Source of the DNA: Leucoraja erinacea
Taxonomy: Eukaryota
Length of the DNA stretch: 64,000 nucleotides
NCBI RefSeq assembly: GCF_028641065.1
Contig: NC_073379.1
Location: 82,708,001-82,772,000, forward strand
Direction: 5' to 3'
Shown piece after piece: positions 1 to 11,527 of this stretch. How positions within the stretch are numbered: position 1 is the stretch's first letter; each line of letters begins with the position of its first letter. Position numbers and translations under genes: made by a program. The notes beneath the pieces are model-generated. The model did not search any database and had not been told where the DNA came from. It saw only the letters and a program-made list of their open reading frames with translations.

Positions 1-695
1 CACAAAGCTGGGTGGCAGTGTGAACTGCGAGGGGATGCTATGACGCTGCAGGGTGACTTGGATAGGTTGGGTGAGTGGGCAGATGCATGGCAGATGCAGT
101 ATAATGTGGATAAATGTGAGGTTATCCACTTTGGTGGTAAGAACAGGAAAGCAGATTATTATCGGAATGGTGTCAGATTAGTAAAAGGGGAGGAGCTTCG
201 AGAATAAATTGAGGAAGGACATCATTACTATTAAGAGAGTTCAGCATGGGGTCACCAGGTTATTTCACGGGATGGCGGAACTGACATATGATGAAAGAAT
301 GTGTCGACTGGAATTTAGGATGAGAAGGTATATAGAAACATATAAAATTCTTAAGGGATTGGACAGGCTAGATGCAGGAAATAAAATTCCCGTTGTTGGG
401 GAAGTGCAGAACCAGGTGTCACAGTTTAAGAATAACGGGTAGGCCATTTATGACTGAGATGAGGAAAAACTTTTTCACCCAGAGAGTTGTGAATCTGTGA
501 ATTTCTGCTGGATGTTTTCAAGAGAGAGTTAGATTTAGCTCTTAGGGCTAAAGGAATCAAGGGATATGGGGAAAAAAAGCAGGAATGGGGTACTGATTTT
601 AGATGATCAGCCATGGTCATATTGAATGGCGATGTTGGCTCAAAGGACCGAATGACCTACTCCTGCACCTATTTTTTTTTATGTTTCTATGTTCT
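1..695 (+). mobile_element. CR1 LINE 3' fragment
   Basis: TKLGG..CEVIHFG RT remnant and CR1 C-terminal motifs (LEFRMR, ETYKILKGLD), CR1 3' UTR and TATGTTTC-type tail. Confidence 0.9.
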
Positions 696-1699
696 ATCTA
701 AACTTCCTCATTTCACAATTTCTGACATTCTTATCTTAGGTTGACAGGTCTTTCTTTGTTCAATGCCATCTTAAAGACAACACTACTAATAATACAACAG
801 TCTGTTGTCATTGATAGTGAGTTTGCAGTCCACAACAGTTTAAACCTACTTATGTGAAAAATTCAAATAGGTTGCTGTCACCAAAGTAACATTTGATTTC
901 AATCGGTCTATGAATATAATAGAACAATATTCATACAACAGAAAAAACGGTTGTAACAAACTCTCATTGAGTATACCTAGGCAATCATACCAGCCAAAAC
1001 TACCACTGACTGAACATAATTAAAAAAACAAGCCACCCTCAATATAACGCAGTGCAAGATTATGTTCCATGAAAATGAATGCTCTGCCACATCAATACAG
1101 TCACATCATGATTAATAGAAACACAGGCAAAGGCAATGATTTCATACTCCAACCCATGACACTCCTGAAAGATCCAGTATATTTTCTGAAGCGACCTCTG
1201 CACTAATTAGCAAAATATGGAGCAGTTATGAAGCGGAATTCAATTAACAACCACTATTTGAAATACATTGCCAGTGAGTCAATATGGGTGGTTCCTGGCA
1301 GATTACTCAAGACTCCTGATATGGAGGGGATGGATGATTCATTCATTGTAACAATCAGTTTACTGCACCTAGTCTTCACGGTGAATTTATCACCTTCCCA
1401 CTCAGACAGACCACATCACACTACAATGTTGCGTTGTGTCGTTTCCACAAGAGTGCCAGCGATTCACACCGATCCGTGCCGGCTCCTGGATAGACTCTAA
1501 ATGTCAGTCCACCAGCAGGCAGTCCGCTTGGTCCACCCAGTAAACCATGGATGTCGACCAACTAAGGGCTCTCCGGTCCGTGAGATTAACAACCCGAAGC
1601 AAACATTCGCCGGCATGAAGCCAGCTCTAATCTTTTTCATTTTAAAAATTAAGGTTTATTTACAGTTAAGTTAGATATCCTAAACAAAAACTCTCCAAA

Positions 1700-2157
1700 C
1701 TGTTGTATCTGCGTTCACCGAAGCCCGCACTCACCGGCCGTCGCCAACCCCCGGCTTCGTGAGCCGCCGCACGGCGAGAGCTGAGAAACCACCATCAGGG
1801 GAGGGGCCGGGGCTTCTGTGTGACCAACCGCCCGCCCGCCACACGTGACCAAAGATACTAGCGGAGCCTTTGCACGTGACCAACTACCACACGTGACCCG
1901 CATCACGGCAGGGAGTCACAGGCGGTGGATGAAAGCACTAATCAGGGGCCGGAAAACGGAGGGGGCAGGGCTTCTATGTGATCTACGTCACAGGTGAACG
2001 ACCATTGCACGTCACTAAACCTCACGGCGTGGGCAGGTGGAGCAGTAAATGCACCAATCAGAGGAGGGACCAATCAGAGGAGGGCGGCGGGGGCGGGTTC
2101 TACATCACACGTGACTCGGCATCGTGCAGAACCCCGCCCCCCGCTCCAGCTTGTGAC
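1700..2157. promoter_or_regulatory. CpG-rich promoter-like segment with E-boxes, CCAAT boxes and GC boxes
   Basis: CACGTG at 1842, 1873, 1890, 2108; CCAATCAG at about 2054 and 2070; GGGGCGGG/CCCCGCCCC near 2090 and 2132; high CpG density. Confidence 0.5.
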
Positions 2158-2181
2158 CAAGGAGCTCCTCTAGGACCTTTG
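2158..2181. mobile_element. 24-bp DNA-transposon footprint (TIR remnants) with 8-bp TSD CTTGTGAC
   Basis: CTTGTGAC(2150-2157)-caaggagctcctctaggacctttg-CTTGTGAC(2182-2189); degenerate version of the CAAAGATCCTATAG TIR. Confidence 0.7.
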
Positions 2182-2709
2182 CTTGTGACGGCATTTGCCC
2201 CTCCTCCCCGCGTGCGAGGAGTTGCCGTTGGTCCAGCTCCCCGCGCGCGTTCTAACCTGAACAAGGGCGTCACCCGCTGCTTCTCTCCACAGATGCTGCC
2301 CGCGAGTCCCGCTGGGTTACTCCAGCTTTGTGGGTCTATCCGCTCTGCCCCCCCCAACATCCTTGTTATAAACTCCGCGCTACTCTCAATCCCCGCGATG
2401 TAAACTCCGCGCTACCCATCGCCGGACTCCAGTTGGAAGACTGTCTTGCCTATTTGAGTTGGAAGATTTCTGGACTATTTGAGAGATGGGCAAGAACAGT
2501 CTTCGAACTCAAATTGGGGTCGAGACCCTTGTTCAGGTTAGAACGCGAGCGGGGAGCTGGACCAACGGCAACTACTCGCATACGGGGAGGAGGGACAAAG
2601 GCCGTCACAAGCAAAGAAGGAACTGCAGATGCTGGAAAAATCGAAGGTAGACAAAAATGCTGGAGAAACTCAGCGGGTGCAGCAGCATCTATGGAGCGAT
2701 GGAATAGAT

Positions 2710-2737
2710 GACGTTTCGGGTCGAGACCCTTCTTCAG
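2710..2737 (-). ncRNA. Minimal hammerhead ribozyme motif at Penelope end
   Basis: Minus strand CUGAAGA-A-GGGU(CUCG)ACCC-GAAA-CGUC; matches the minimal HHR type known from Penelope-like elements; helix I is weak. Confidence 0.6.
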
Positions 2738-3198
2738 ACTGGTGAGGGGGAGGGGGCAGGAAGAAGAAAGGAAGAGGTGGGGACAGTGGGCTGTGGGAGA
2801 ACTGGGAGGGGAAGGAGGGAGAAAGCAAGGATTACCTGAAATGGGAGGTCAATGAATGTTCATACCGCTGGGGTTTAAACTATCCAATTGTAATATGAGG
2901 TGCTGCTCCTCCAATTTGCGGTGGGACTCACTCTGGCCATGGAGGAGGCCCAGGACAGAAAGGTCAAATTCGGAATGGGAGATAGATTTGAAGTGTTGGG
3001 CCACCGGGAGATCAGGTTGGTTAGAGCAAACTGAGCGGAGTTTGGTTAGAGCAAACTGAGCGGAGGTGTTGGGCGAAGCCATCGCCAAGCCTACACTTGG
3101 TCTCATCGATGTAGAGCAGCTGACATCTAGAACAGCGGATGCAATGGATGAGGTTGAAGGAGGTGCCTCACCTATAAAGACTGTTTAGGTCCTTGGAT

Positions 3199-4053
3199 TA
3201 GCAATGTTACAAAATTTTGAGATTTAAAAAATCAAGTCTGCAATTTATCCCATCAGATAAAGCATAACAATAAGTTTAATTTGACACCAAATTCACTTTC
3301 ATATCTCAAGTATTAAAAAAGTTATGACCATTTTCATACTCGGAAATTAGCATCTTGTTCCCTATTGATTTTCAATGGGCATTACAAAAAAACTGTGATC
3401 TTAGATAGTCAAAAGCACATTTCTTAAGGAAAGATTAACATTTTTAAATAGCCTAAGTGTCCAAAGATTATTCACAAATAATTCACAATATAACATGATT
3501 TTTATATCTAATTTACATTAATTTATAGGCCAAATGGAAGGAATTTAGTGTTCAATTGCTGTAAATAAATGCCCATTTAAATCGGTTTTCTAGTGGGTTC
3601 ATGTGGAACGCGCAGGTTTAGAATGTTGACAGCGCGCTGGATTAGTGCCCTCAAATGCCGAGAAAAATACTGCGGGATATAAAAAGCCCAAAATGAGCTA
3701 CTCGCTATAGAAAATTATAATTATAGGGTTATATACATCCCCATTTAACTAAAAATAAGGTACCCCTTTAATTGTGGACTTTATAAAACCCAGGGGCTGC
3801 AACATCGGGAATGAACAATCTTCCTGCATCTAGCCTTTCCAACCCCTTATATCTACTCTTCGAGGCCTCTATAAAATCCCCCGGGTCTTGCAGCGATTCT
3901 CCGTTAATGATTTACTAGGCTGAACATCTGCGATTGGAACAGCCTAGTAAAAATCGGGTTTTAAACCCGCCCCCTCCAAACAGCTCCAAAATCACACACA
4001 AGGGGAGGGGCAGATGCTCAGCCACGATTCAGGTACGTTTTGTAACATACCTA
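3199..4053. mobile_element. Non-autonomous TIR DNA transposon, TAG...CTA ends, 7-bp TSD CTTGGAT
   Basis: TAGCAATGTTACAAAA / TTTTGTAACATACCTA; CTTGGAT at 3192-3198 and 4054-4060; splits a Penelope sequence. Confidence 0.8.
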
Positions 4054-4114
4054 CTTGGATGGAGTGAAGGGAGAGGAAAAGCGGCAAGTGTAGCATTTCC
4101 TGTGGTTGCAAGGG

Positions 4115-4505
4115 AAACATAGGAAATAGGTGCAGGAGTAGGCCATTCGGCCCTTCGAGCCTGCACCGCCATTCAATGGCTGATCATCCAACTCAGTATC
4201 CTGTACCTGCCTTCTCTCCATACCCCCTGATCCCTTTGGTGAATCTAACTCCCTCTTAAATATAGCCAATGAACTGGCCTCAACTACCTTCTGTGGCGGA
4301 GAATTCCAGAGATTCACCACTCTCTGTGTGAAAAATAGTTTCCTCATCTTGGTCCTAAAAGATTTCCCCCTTATCCTTAAACTGTGACCCCTTGTTCTGG
4401 ACTTCCCCAACATCGGGAACAATCTTCCTGCATCTAGCCTGTCCAACCCCTTAAGAATTTTGTAAGTTTCTATAAGATCCCCCCTCAATCTTCTAAATTC
4501 TAGCG
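4115..4505 (-). mobile_element. CR1 3' fragment
   Basis: ORF 4051..4488 RGDLIETYKILKGLDRLDAG..FFTQRVVNLWNS. Confidence 0.9.
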
Positions 4506-4947
4506 AAAGTGCCTGGGGATGGGGTGGTTTGGGTGGGAAGGGACGAAGCGACCAGGGTGTTACGGAGGGAGCGGTCTCTGCGGAAAGCCGAAAGGGGAGA
4601 TGGGAAGATGTGGCCAGTGGTGGGCTCCCGTTGGACGTGGCGAAAATGTCAGAGGATTATATGTTGTATGTGGCGGCCGGTAGGGTGGAAGGTGAGGACA
4701 AGGGGTACTCTGACCTTGTTACGAGTGGGGGGATGGGTAGTGAGAGCGGAGCTACGCGATATAGAAGAGACCCTGGTGAGAGCCTCATCTATAGTCGAAG
4801 AGGGGAACCCCCGTTCCCTAACGAATGCCTCCAATGCCCTGTTTTGGAACACCTCATCCTGGGTGCTGATGCAGCGTAGACGGAGGAATTGGGAGTAGGG
4901 GATGGAGTCCTTACAGGAAGCAGGGTGGGAAGAAGTGTAGTCCAGAT

Positions 4948-4971
4948 CAAAGATCTGCTATAGGATCTTTG
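4948..4971. mobile_element. 24-bp DNA-transposon footprint with 8-bp TSD GTCCAGAT
   Basis: GTCCAGAT-caaagatctgctataggatctttg-GTCCAGAT within Penelope sequence; right part identical to the TIR end at 52338-52353. Confidence 0.85.
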
Positions 4972-4999
4972 GTCCAGATAGCCATGGGAGTCAGTGGTT

Positions 5000-5333
5000 A
5001 TCTTTGGTCACAAGCTAGAGCGGGGGGCGGGTTCTGCACGAGTCACATGTGATGTAGATCCCACCAAAACCACGCCCCTCACCTCTGATTGGTGCATTTA
5101 CTGCTCCGCCTGCTCACTCCGTGGTATTTAGTGACGTGCTGTGGTCGATCACGTGTGATATAGATCACATAGAAGCCCTGACCACCCCGTTTTCCGGCCT
5201 CTGATTGGTGCTTTCCTCTGCTGCCTGTGACCCCTGCCGTGGATGTCGGTCAGGTGTGGTAGTTGGTCATGTGTGGAGGTCAGTCACGTGTGATGTTTGG
5301 TCACACGGAAGCCCTGCCCCCTCCCCTGATGGT
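5000..5333 (-). repeat. Diverged inverted duplicate of 1791-2164
   Basis: Colinear reverse complement, e.g. ttggtcacaagc..gagcggggggcgg and ccctgatggt. Confidence 0.85.
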
Positions 5334-6463
5334 AGATAAGACATAAAACAGTATAGCCCTTAATGTCTATGAAGATGAACATGGTGCCTATTTAACCTAA
5401 TTCCTTCTGCCTGGACGTGTTGTACATTCCCCCATTCTCTGCATATTCATGTGTATCTAAAATAAAGAACCTTTTAAACACTACTGTCTATTTGCTTCCA
5501 TGACCACCCTTGGCAGTGTGTTCTGGACACCCACCAGCCTATGTTAAAAAAAAAACTTGCTCCGTACATATCCTTTGAACTTTCCATCTCTGACCTTGTA
5601 GCTCAGCCCTCTAGATTTTGGCATTTCAATCCTGGGGAATAGGTTCTGACTGTCTACCTTATCTTATATCAGGTCTCCACTCGGCCTCCCATGCTTTAGA
5701 GAAAACCATCAACGTTTCTCCAACCTCACCTTTTGGTAATATTCTGTAAACCAGACAGCATTCTGGGAAGCCTATTTTTTCTCTTTTTTTCTTCCTTGGT
5801 GATTTTATTAAATGAAATGGCATGTTGCTATTTTTTACTATTTTAAACACCTCATTTGTTGACTCGTCTCAGTCCCAAATGGCCTACCCCTTATTCTTAA
5901 TCTGTGACCCCTGGTTGTGGACTCCCCGAACATCAGGAACATTTGTCCTGCAACTAATATAAACTTTTAAGAATTTTATATGTTTCTATAAGATCCAGGG
6001 AAAACCTAGCAATACATAGTGCATTATCAAATGCAATAGTCCCATGAATTATTTAAATAGTTAAAACATTACCTGCACATATTTTCAACATATTGCTATC
6101 AGGCAAAGTGCTACATTAGAGCAAAAATTGAACATTTAATCTTTGTTTTTTTAAGATATGTTCTAAAAAAACAGCTAATTTCAGAAGTTTTGCCAATTCC
6201 ATTCAACCTGCCAACTAGTATATTGGGGTAAATAAGATAATTTTAAAGTTAATTTCTGTATATTTGCTTTTTTAATTTTTATTTAAACAAGATAACCAAA
6301 CACATCACAAGCAAGTTAATGGTACAATTTTATTGAAACAGCGATATGACTATTTTTATTGGAACAAGTGCAACAATTAACAGCTACAGAATAGCAGTTA
6401 GCAGGCCCAGAAATACTGACTACTTCTCATATATTGGCCTATGAACGATCAGACAGAAAGTGT

Positions 6464-6676
6464 CTAGACACGAGATCTGCCCCAACGACGTATCATAGTA
6501 CTACCATATCGGGAGAGATGGGACCACATAGGAAAATTAAGTATATGGCCTGGGGTCAGTTGGTTAATTTGATCTTCAAGGCAGAGCCGGTCCTCTCCAT
6601 GACAAAGTCGCTCACGTTTTTCCCAGAAAAGGCTCTCCTCCCCTTCGTCATCTGGAATATTGTGTACCTTTTGATG
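6464..6676 (-). CDS. TEX43: TEX43/SPMIP10 last coding exon
   Basis: Acceptor cctttatgtag; HQKVHNIPDDEGEESLFWEKRERLCHGEDR...PMWSHLSRYGSTMIRRWGRSRV*, resembling mammalian SLF....ERLCHGEDR...SPLSRYQST; synteny with PHAX. Confidence 0.88.
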   Translation of the reverse strand, partial: HQKVHNIPDDEGEESLFWEKRERLCHGEDRLCLEDQINQLTPGHILNFPMWSHLSRYGSTMIRRWGRSRV

Positions 6677-8039
6677 CTACATAAAGGAAAGTAACAAAAC
6701 ATTAAATCATAATTTTGTACTTCACTAATTCATTAAGATTAACTGTCAGATCTTTCCAGCTTCAATATTCAGCACTTTTAAAACTTGCAATACAAAGATC
6801 TTAATTTAACCTATTTGGATTGTGAATGGGCAGGTATAGTGTCATTCATTTTAATCAGGGTTCTTTCTTCATGGCACAAAGAATGATGTAAAATATTGTT
6901 ATTTCCACTTGAACAGCCTTCCTTTTGAACAGCTTCTTGTGGCCCTTTCCATTTGATATTTTTTTCTTTTTTATTGTTAATGTTAAATGAGAACAAGATA
7001 GAAGAATTGTGGGTAAAACATAATGTCAATCTCCATAAAATAACCAGAAAGAAAAAATATCCTGGTTATTAGTCTATTTTTTGTTGCATGTTGACATATA
7101 ACAATTATAACAGCTCGGGTTTAATGAGTACTGCAGAAAGATTCGAGCCGTTTCTCACTTTAATCAACTCAGACGAAAATGATTTGTTAACTGCCACTGT
7201 TAGGACTTTTTAACAGCCAGTAATTAACAGTAGTTATACAATGTGTCATCAATACATCGATCCACAGTACTCAGTAAATGTAATTGTGTTTTAACACCGC
7301 GTTCCTTTGAATAAAATTCAAGTGAGAATTTCTTAAACTCAGTCAGGGCTACCGGATCGCGAGCATGGGCTCAGGTAAAGTCACGTTTTATTATTCCACG
7401 TTATTTTATTTGCCTCCGTGCCTCTCTGCCTCCGTGCCTCTCGCCCGCTCTCCGCTCTCTCCCCTGCTCTGCCCGCTCTCGAAAACTCGATGGTGTATTT
7501 TGGGAGGTATTTTGTAGAAAGGAGATGAATAAATTGTGCACATTTAAAAAATCAGGGTTCAGATATACAAACCTTAAAAAGCAAATGATATGATACATTT
7601 TCAAATGGGAAATAATGCTTAAGAAGCTAATAGAAAATGTTTATAAATCATTGGTTGTGGCATAGTTAGAATATTGTGCTCAATTTTTCTGGAACGATAT
7701 TTCCTTCAGCTAACAAAAATAATGAATAATTAGTCTGTTAGTCAATTAGTTAATGGTGCAGTAACGCTTGGCTAGCAGTCACCGTTGAATGGTATTCGAT
7801 ATACTAGTTAAGAGGGAGAAGGGTCAGTCAGAAAACAAGGCTCTAAATTTAAGTAAACTTTGGGAAAGTGAGGCAGGAGAGTAGACTATGCAGAGCATTG
7901 ACAAACAATGTGAAATGTTCCAAGATCTTGGTAATAGACCTGTACATTTTTGAATTGAATTGAAATTATTTGTCATTCAAAAATGAATGAAAAGAAATGA
8001 ATGTTATCCCTAACAACTAAGTTCAGGTAGGCAGTAACA

Positions 8040-9310
8040 TGGATAAGGAAGAGCCAGTGGATGTAGTTTGTGGACTTTCAGAAAGCCTTTGATAAGGTCC
8101 CACACAGGAGATTAGTGGGCAAAATCAGAGCACATGGTATTGGGGGTAGGGTGTTGACAAGGATAGAAAATTGGTTGGCAGACAGGAAACAAAGAGTAGG
8201 AATTAGTGGTTCCCTTTCAGAATGGCAGGTAGTGACTCGTGGGGTGCCTCAAGGCTCGGTGCTGGGACCGCAGCTATTCACAATATATATTAATGATTTA
8301 GATGAAGGAATTAAAAGTAACATTAGCAAATTTGCTGATGACACAAAGCTGGATGGCTGCGTGAACTGTGAAGAGGATGCTATGAGGATGCAGGGTGACT
8401 TGGATAGGTTGGGTGAGTGGGAAGATGCATGGCAGATGTAGTATAATGTGGATAAATGTGAGGTTATCCACTTTAGTGGCACAAGAGGCAGATTATCATC
8501 TGAATGGCAGGTAGACACAATGCTGAAGTAACTCAGCGGGTCAGGCAGCATCTCTGGAGCAAAGGAATGGGTAACGTTTCGGGTCGAGACCCTTCTTCTG
8601 TATGGTGTTAGATTAGGAAAAAGGGAAATGCAACAAGACCTGGATGTACTTGTACTTGTACAAACAGCAGGCAGTGAAGAAAACTAATGGCATGTTGGCC
8701 TTCATAATGATAGGATTTGAGTATAGGAGCAAACGGGTCCTTCTGCAGTTGTCCAGTGCCCTGGTGAGACCACACCTGGGTTTTTGTGTACAGTTTTGGT
8801 CTCCTAATTTGAGGAAGGACATTTGTGCTATTGAGGGAATGCACCGTAGGTTCACCCGGTTAATTCCTGGGATTGCAGAAATGTCATATGATGAAAGAAT
8901 GGAATGACTGGGCTTGTATCCACTAGAATTTAGGATGAGAGGGGATCTCATAAAATTATTAAGGGATTGGACACGCTAGATGCAGGAAACATGTTCCCGA
9001 TGTTGGAGGAGTCCAGAACCAAGGGCCACAGTTTAAGAATACGGGGTAGGCCATTTGGAACTGAGATGAGGAAAAACCTTTTCACCCAGAGTGTTGTGAA
9101 TTTGTGGAATTTTTTGCCTCAGAAGGCAGTGGAGGCGACTCATTAGATGCATTCAAAAGACAGTTAGATAGAGCTCTTAGGGATAGTGGAATCAAGGGAT
9201 GTGGGGAGAAGGCAGGAATGTGGTACTGATTGTGGAAGATCAGCCATGATCACATTGAATTGCTCGAAGGGCCGAATGGCCTACTCCTGCACCTATTTCC
9301 TGTGTATCTA
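8040..9310 (+). mobile_element. CR1 RT and 3' end, degraded, with a Penelope-end insert at about 8508-8600
   Basis: DFQKAFDKV, GVPQGSVLGP, FADD motifs. Confidence 0.9.
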
Positions 9311-9311
9311 T

Positions 9312-9705
9312 GTAAAATGCTGGAATAACTCAACGGAACAGGCAGCATCACCTGGAGAGAAGGAATGGGTGACCTTTCGGGTCGAGACCCTTTTTCATAC
9401 TGATTTCAGGGATGAGTGGGACAGAGATAGAATGCAGTCGGAGACAGTAAGACTGGTGGGAGAACTCCGAAGGGGGAGGGAATGGAGAGAGAGGGAAAGC
9501 AAATTCTATTTGAAGTTAGAGAAGTCAATGTTCCTACCGCTGGGGTTTAAGCTACCCAAGCGAAATATGAGATGATGTTTCTCCAATTTGCGCTGGGCCT
9601 CACTCTGACAATGGAGGAGGCCCAGGCCAGAAAGGTTAGATTGAGAATGGGAGGGTGACTGTCAGTCTGAAGAAGGGTCTCAACCCGAAATGCCATCTAT
9701 TCCAC
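9312..9705 (-). mobile_element. Penelope 3' end fragment with a short inverted end
   Basis: Terminal repeat similar to 2617-2990; inverted HHR-like segment at about 9663-9705. Confidence 0.75.
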
Positions 9706-10184
9706 TATATGATCATTGCTTTCGTCTGGCTGAGAGAGAGAGATGCAAAAAAGCAGCTATGACATATAATATGCAATAAACTATATTATAAATACACAAT
9801 AAACAAGTTATGCATTTTTGTACTCTTACATGGTTAAGACCGCACATAAAAGCCTGCACCGCCATTCGTATTTGAGATAGTGTAGTTGAGATAGTTGTTG
9901 GAGTCAGTGGGTTATCCATGTGATCACCTCCGATCTCCTTTCTTAATTGAAAAGTAGATAAGCTGGAAAGAGTGCCAAGATGCTGCATGGGCATGATGGC
10001 TTGAGCTTAAGGGAGAGGTTCGGCAGGCTCGGAATTTATTCTTTGGACCATAAAAGGCTGGGGTGATATTACAGAGGTACATAAAATCATGATGGGCGGA
10101 CAAATAGTCTTTACCCAGAGTAGTGGAATCGGAACATGAGAGGTAACTTTTTAATATTGCTGGGTATATGGAATGAGCTGTCAG

Positions 10185-10590
10185 AGATTCAGATTCAGAT
10201 TCAGATTCAATTTTAATTGTCATTGTCAGTGTACAGTACAGAGAGCGAAATGCATTTAGCATCTCCCTTGAAGAGCGACATAGCAAACGATTTTGAATAA
10301 AAAAAAAATAATAAGGGGGGGGGGGGTGGTGATTGGCAGTCACCGAGGTACGTTGTTGAGTAGAGTGACAGCGGCCGGAAAGAAGCTGTTCCTCGACCTG
10401 CTGGTTCGGCAACGGAGAGACCTGTAGCGCCTCCCGGATGGTAGGAGGGTAAACAGTCCATGGTTGGGGTGAGAGCAGTCCTTGGCGATGCTGAGTGCCC
10501 TCCGCAGACAGCGCTTGCTTTGGACAGACTCAATGGAGGGGAGCGTGGAACCGGTGATGCGTTGGGCAATTTTCACCACCCTCTGCAATG
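10185..10590 (-). mobile_element. Rex1/Babar LINE 3' end
   Basis: KDCSHPNHGLFTLLPSGRRYRS..RTSR.RNSFFP motif; (GAATCT)n tail. Confidence 0.8.
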
Positions 10591-11023
10591 CCTACCAGAG
10601 GAGGTAGTTGAGGCCGGTACCATAACAGCATTTAAAATAAATTTGGCCAGGTACATGGATAAGGAAAGGTTTAGAGGGATATGGGCAGGTGGGACTTGCA
10701 TAGATGGGGCATCTTGGTTGGCACGGGCAAAATGGCCTGTTTCCATACTGCATGACTCTATAAGTGCCATATTCTGTAGAATTTCTTCATAACTCAAACA
10801 TGCAACATTACAGAGACCATATCAAAAGAGCTTCACTTTATATGACCTCTGCAAATGATTATCATAGTGCATGTAAAAAGACTGAGTGATAGATTTTATT
10901 CCAGCATCAGGCCATTTGGGATAGACACAAAAAGCTGTAGTATCTCAGGGGGTCAGACAGCATTTCTAGAGAAAAGAAATAGGTGATGCTTCGGGGGAGT
11001 TTGCTGGATTTGTTGAAACATAC

Positions 11024-11132
11024 CAGTAAAATCAGCCTCCTGTTTTTCATGTTCTGTTTCCATGGCATTACATAGAGTCTTGGAATACAGGGGTGAAGGG
11101 TTGAGAAAACTGGATTATGAGTTGCATCGCAT
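11024..11132 (-). CDS. TEX43: TEX43/SPMIP10 internal coding exon (109 nt)
   Basis: tttttag acceptor, gtatgt donor; CDATHNPVFSTLHPCIPRLYVMPWKQNMKNRRLILL resembles mammalian IPRRYVMPWKENM; phase 2 to 0 joins the 6676 exon in frame. Confidence 0.88.
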
Positions 11133-11368
11133 CTAAAAATAAATAAAAAGACAACACAGCTCATAATTTACTTAAAGCATTGTTTATTTGAAAACTAATA
11201 TTTGAAAGATATATTTCAATACAACCTTCAGAACATATGGCATGTCCTTTTTATCTGGGAATTAACTTTTATTTTTCAAGAACTGATGAATGTTTTTCAG
11301 AGCTATCGTTATTGAATAAATCAAATTTTAATCAATTTCATTGATTGAAGGGTTTTCAATGATCTTTT

Positions 11369-11506
11369 GGGGTGGGAGATTGCAACCTTCACAGAATCTG
11401 CCCTGTTTCGACAAATGCAATCAACCTGGCATGCACAATCAAATAAGATCAAATAGAACAAGTTGTCCTACAACTTTAGGCTGTGCACGCCATACGCAAG
11501 AAGAAG
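11369..11506 (+). mobile_element. Short retroposon 3' end (Vingi/Ingi-like) with 11-bp TSD
   Basis: Ends in GCCATACGC(AAG)n; AATGATCTTTT at 11358-11368 and 11507-11517. Confidence 0.65.
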
Positions 11507-11527
11507 AATGATCTTTTCCCCCTTATA

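Larger units (their letters stand above)
2617..5000 (-). mobile_element. Penelope-like element 3' part (GIY-YIG region and terminal repeat), interrupted by nested insertions
   Basis: PVAQHF..SH...DLSVLGL...RKLEEQHLI and RVPLVLTFHP motifs on the minus strand; sequence resumes after the insertions at 3199-4053, about 4115-4505 and 4948-4971. Confidence 0.85.

Noticed and set aside
1075-1140. Minus-strand hairpin suggestive of an H/ACA snoRNA half
   Set aside because: No clear H box, second hairpin or correctly spaced ACA
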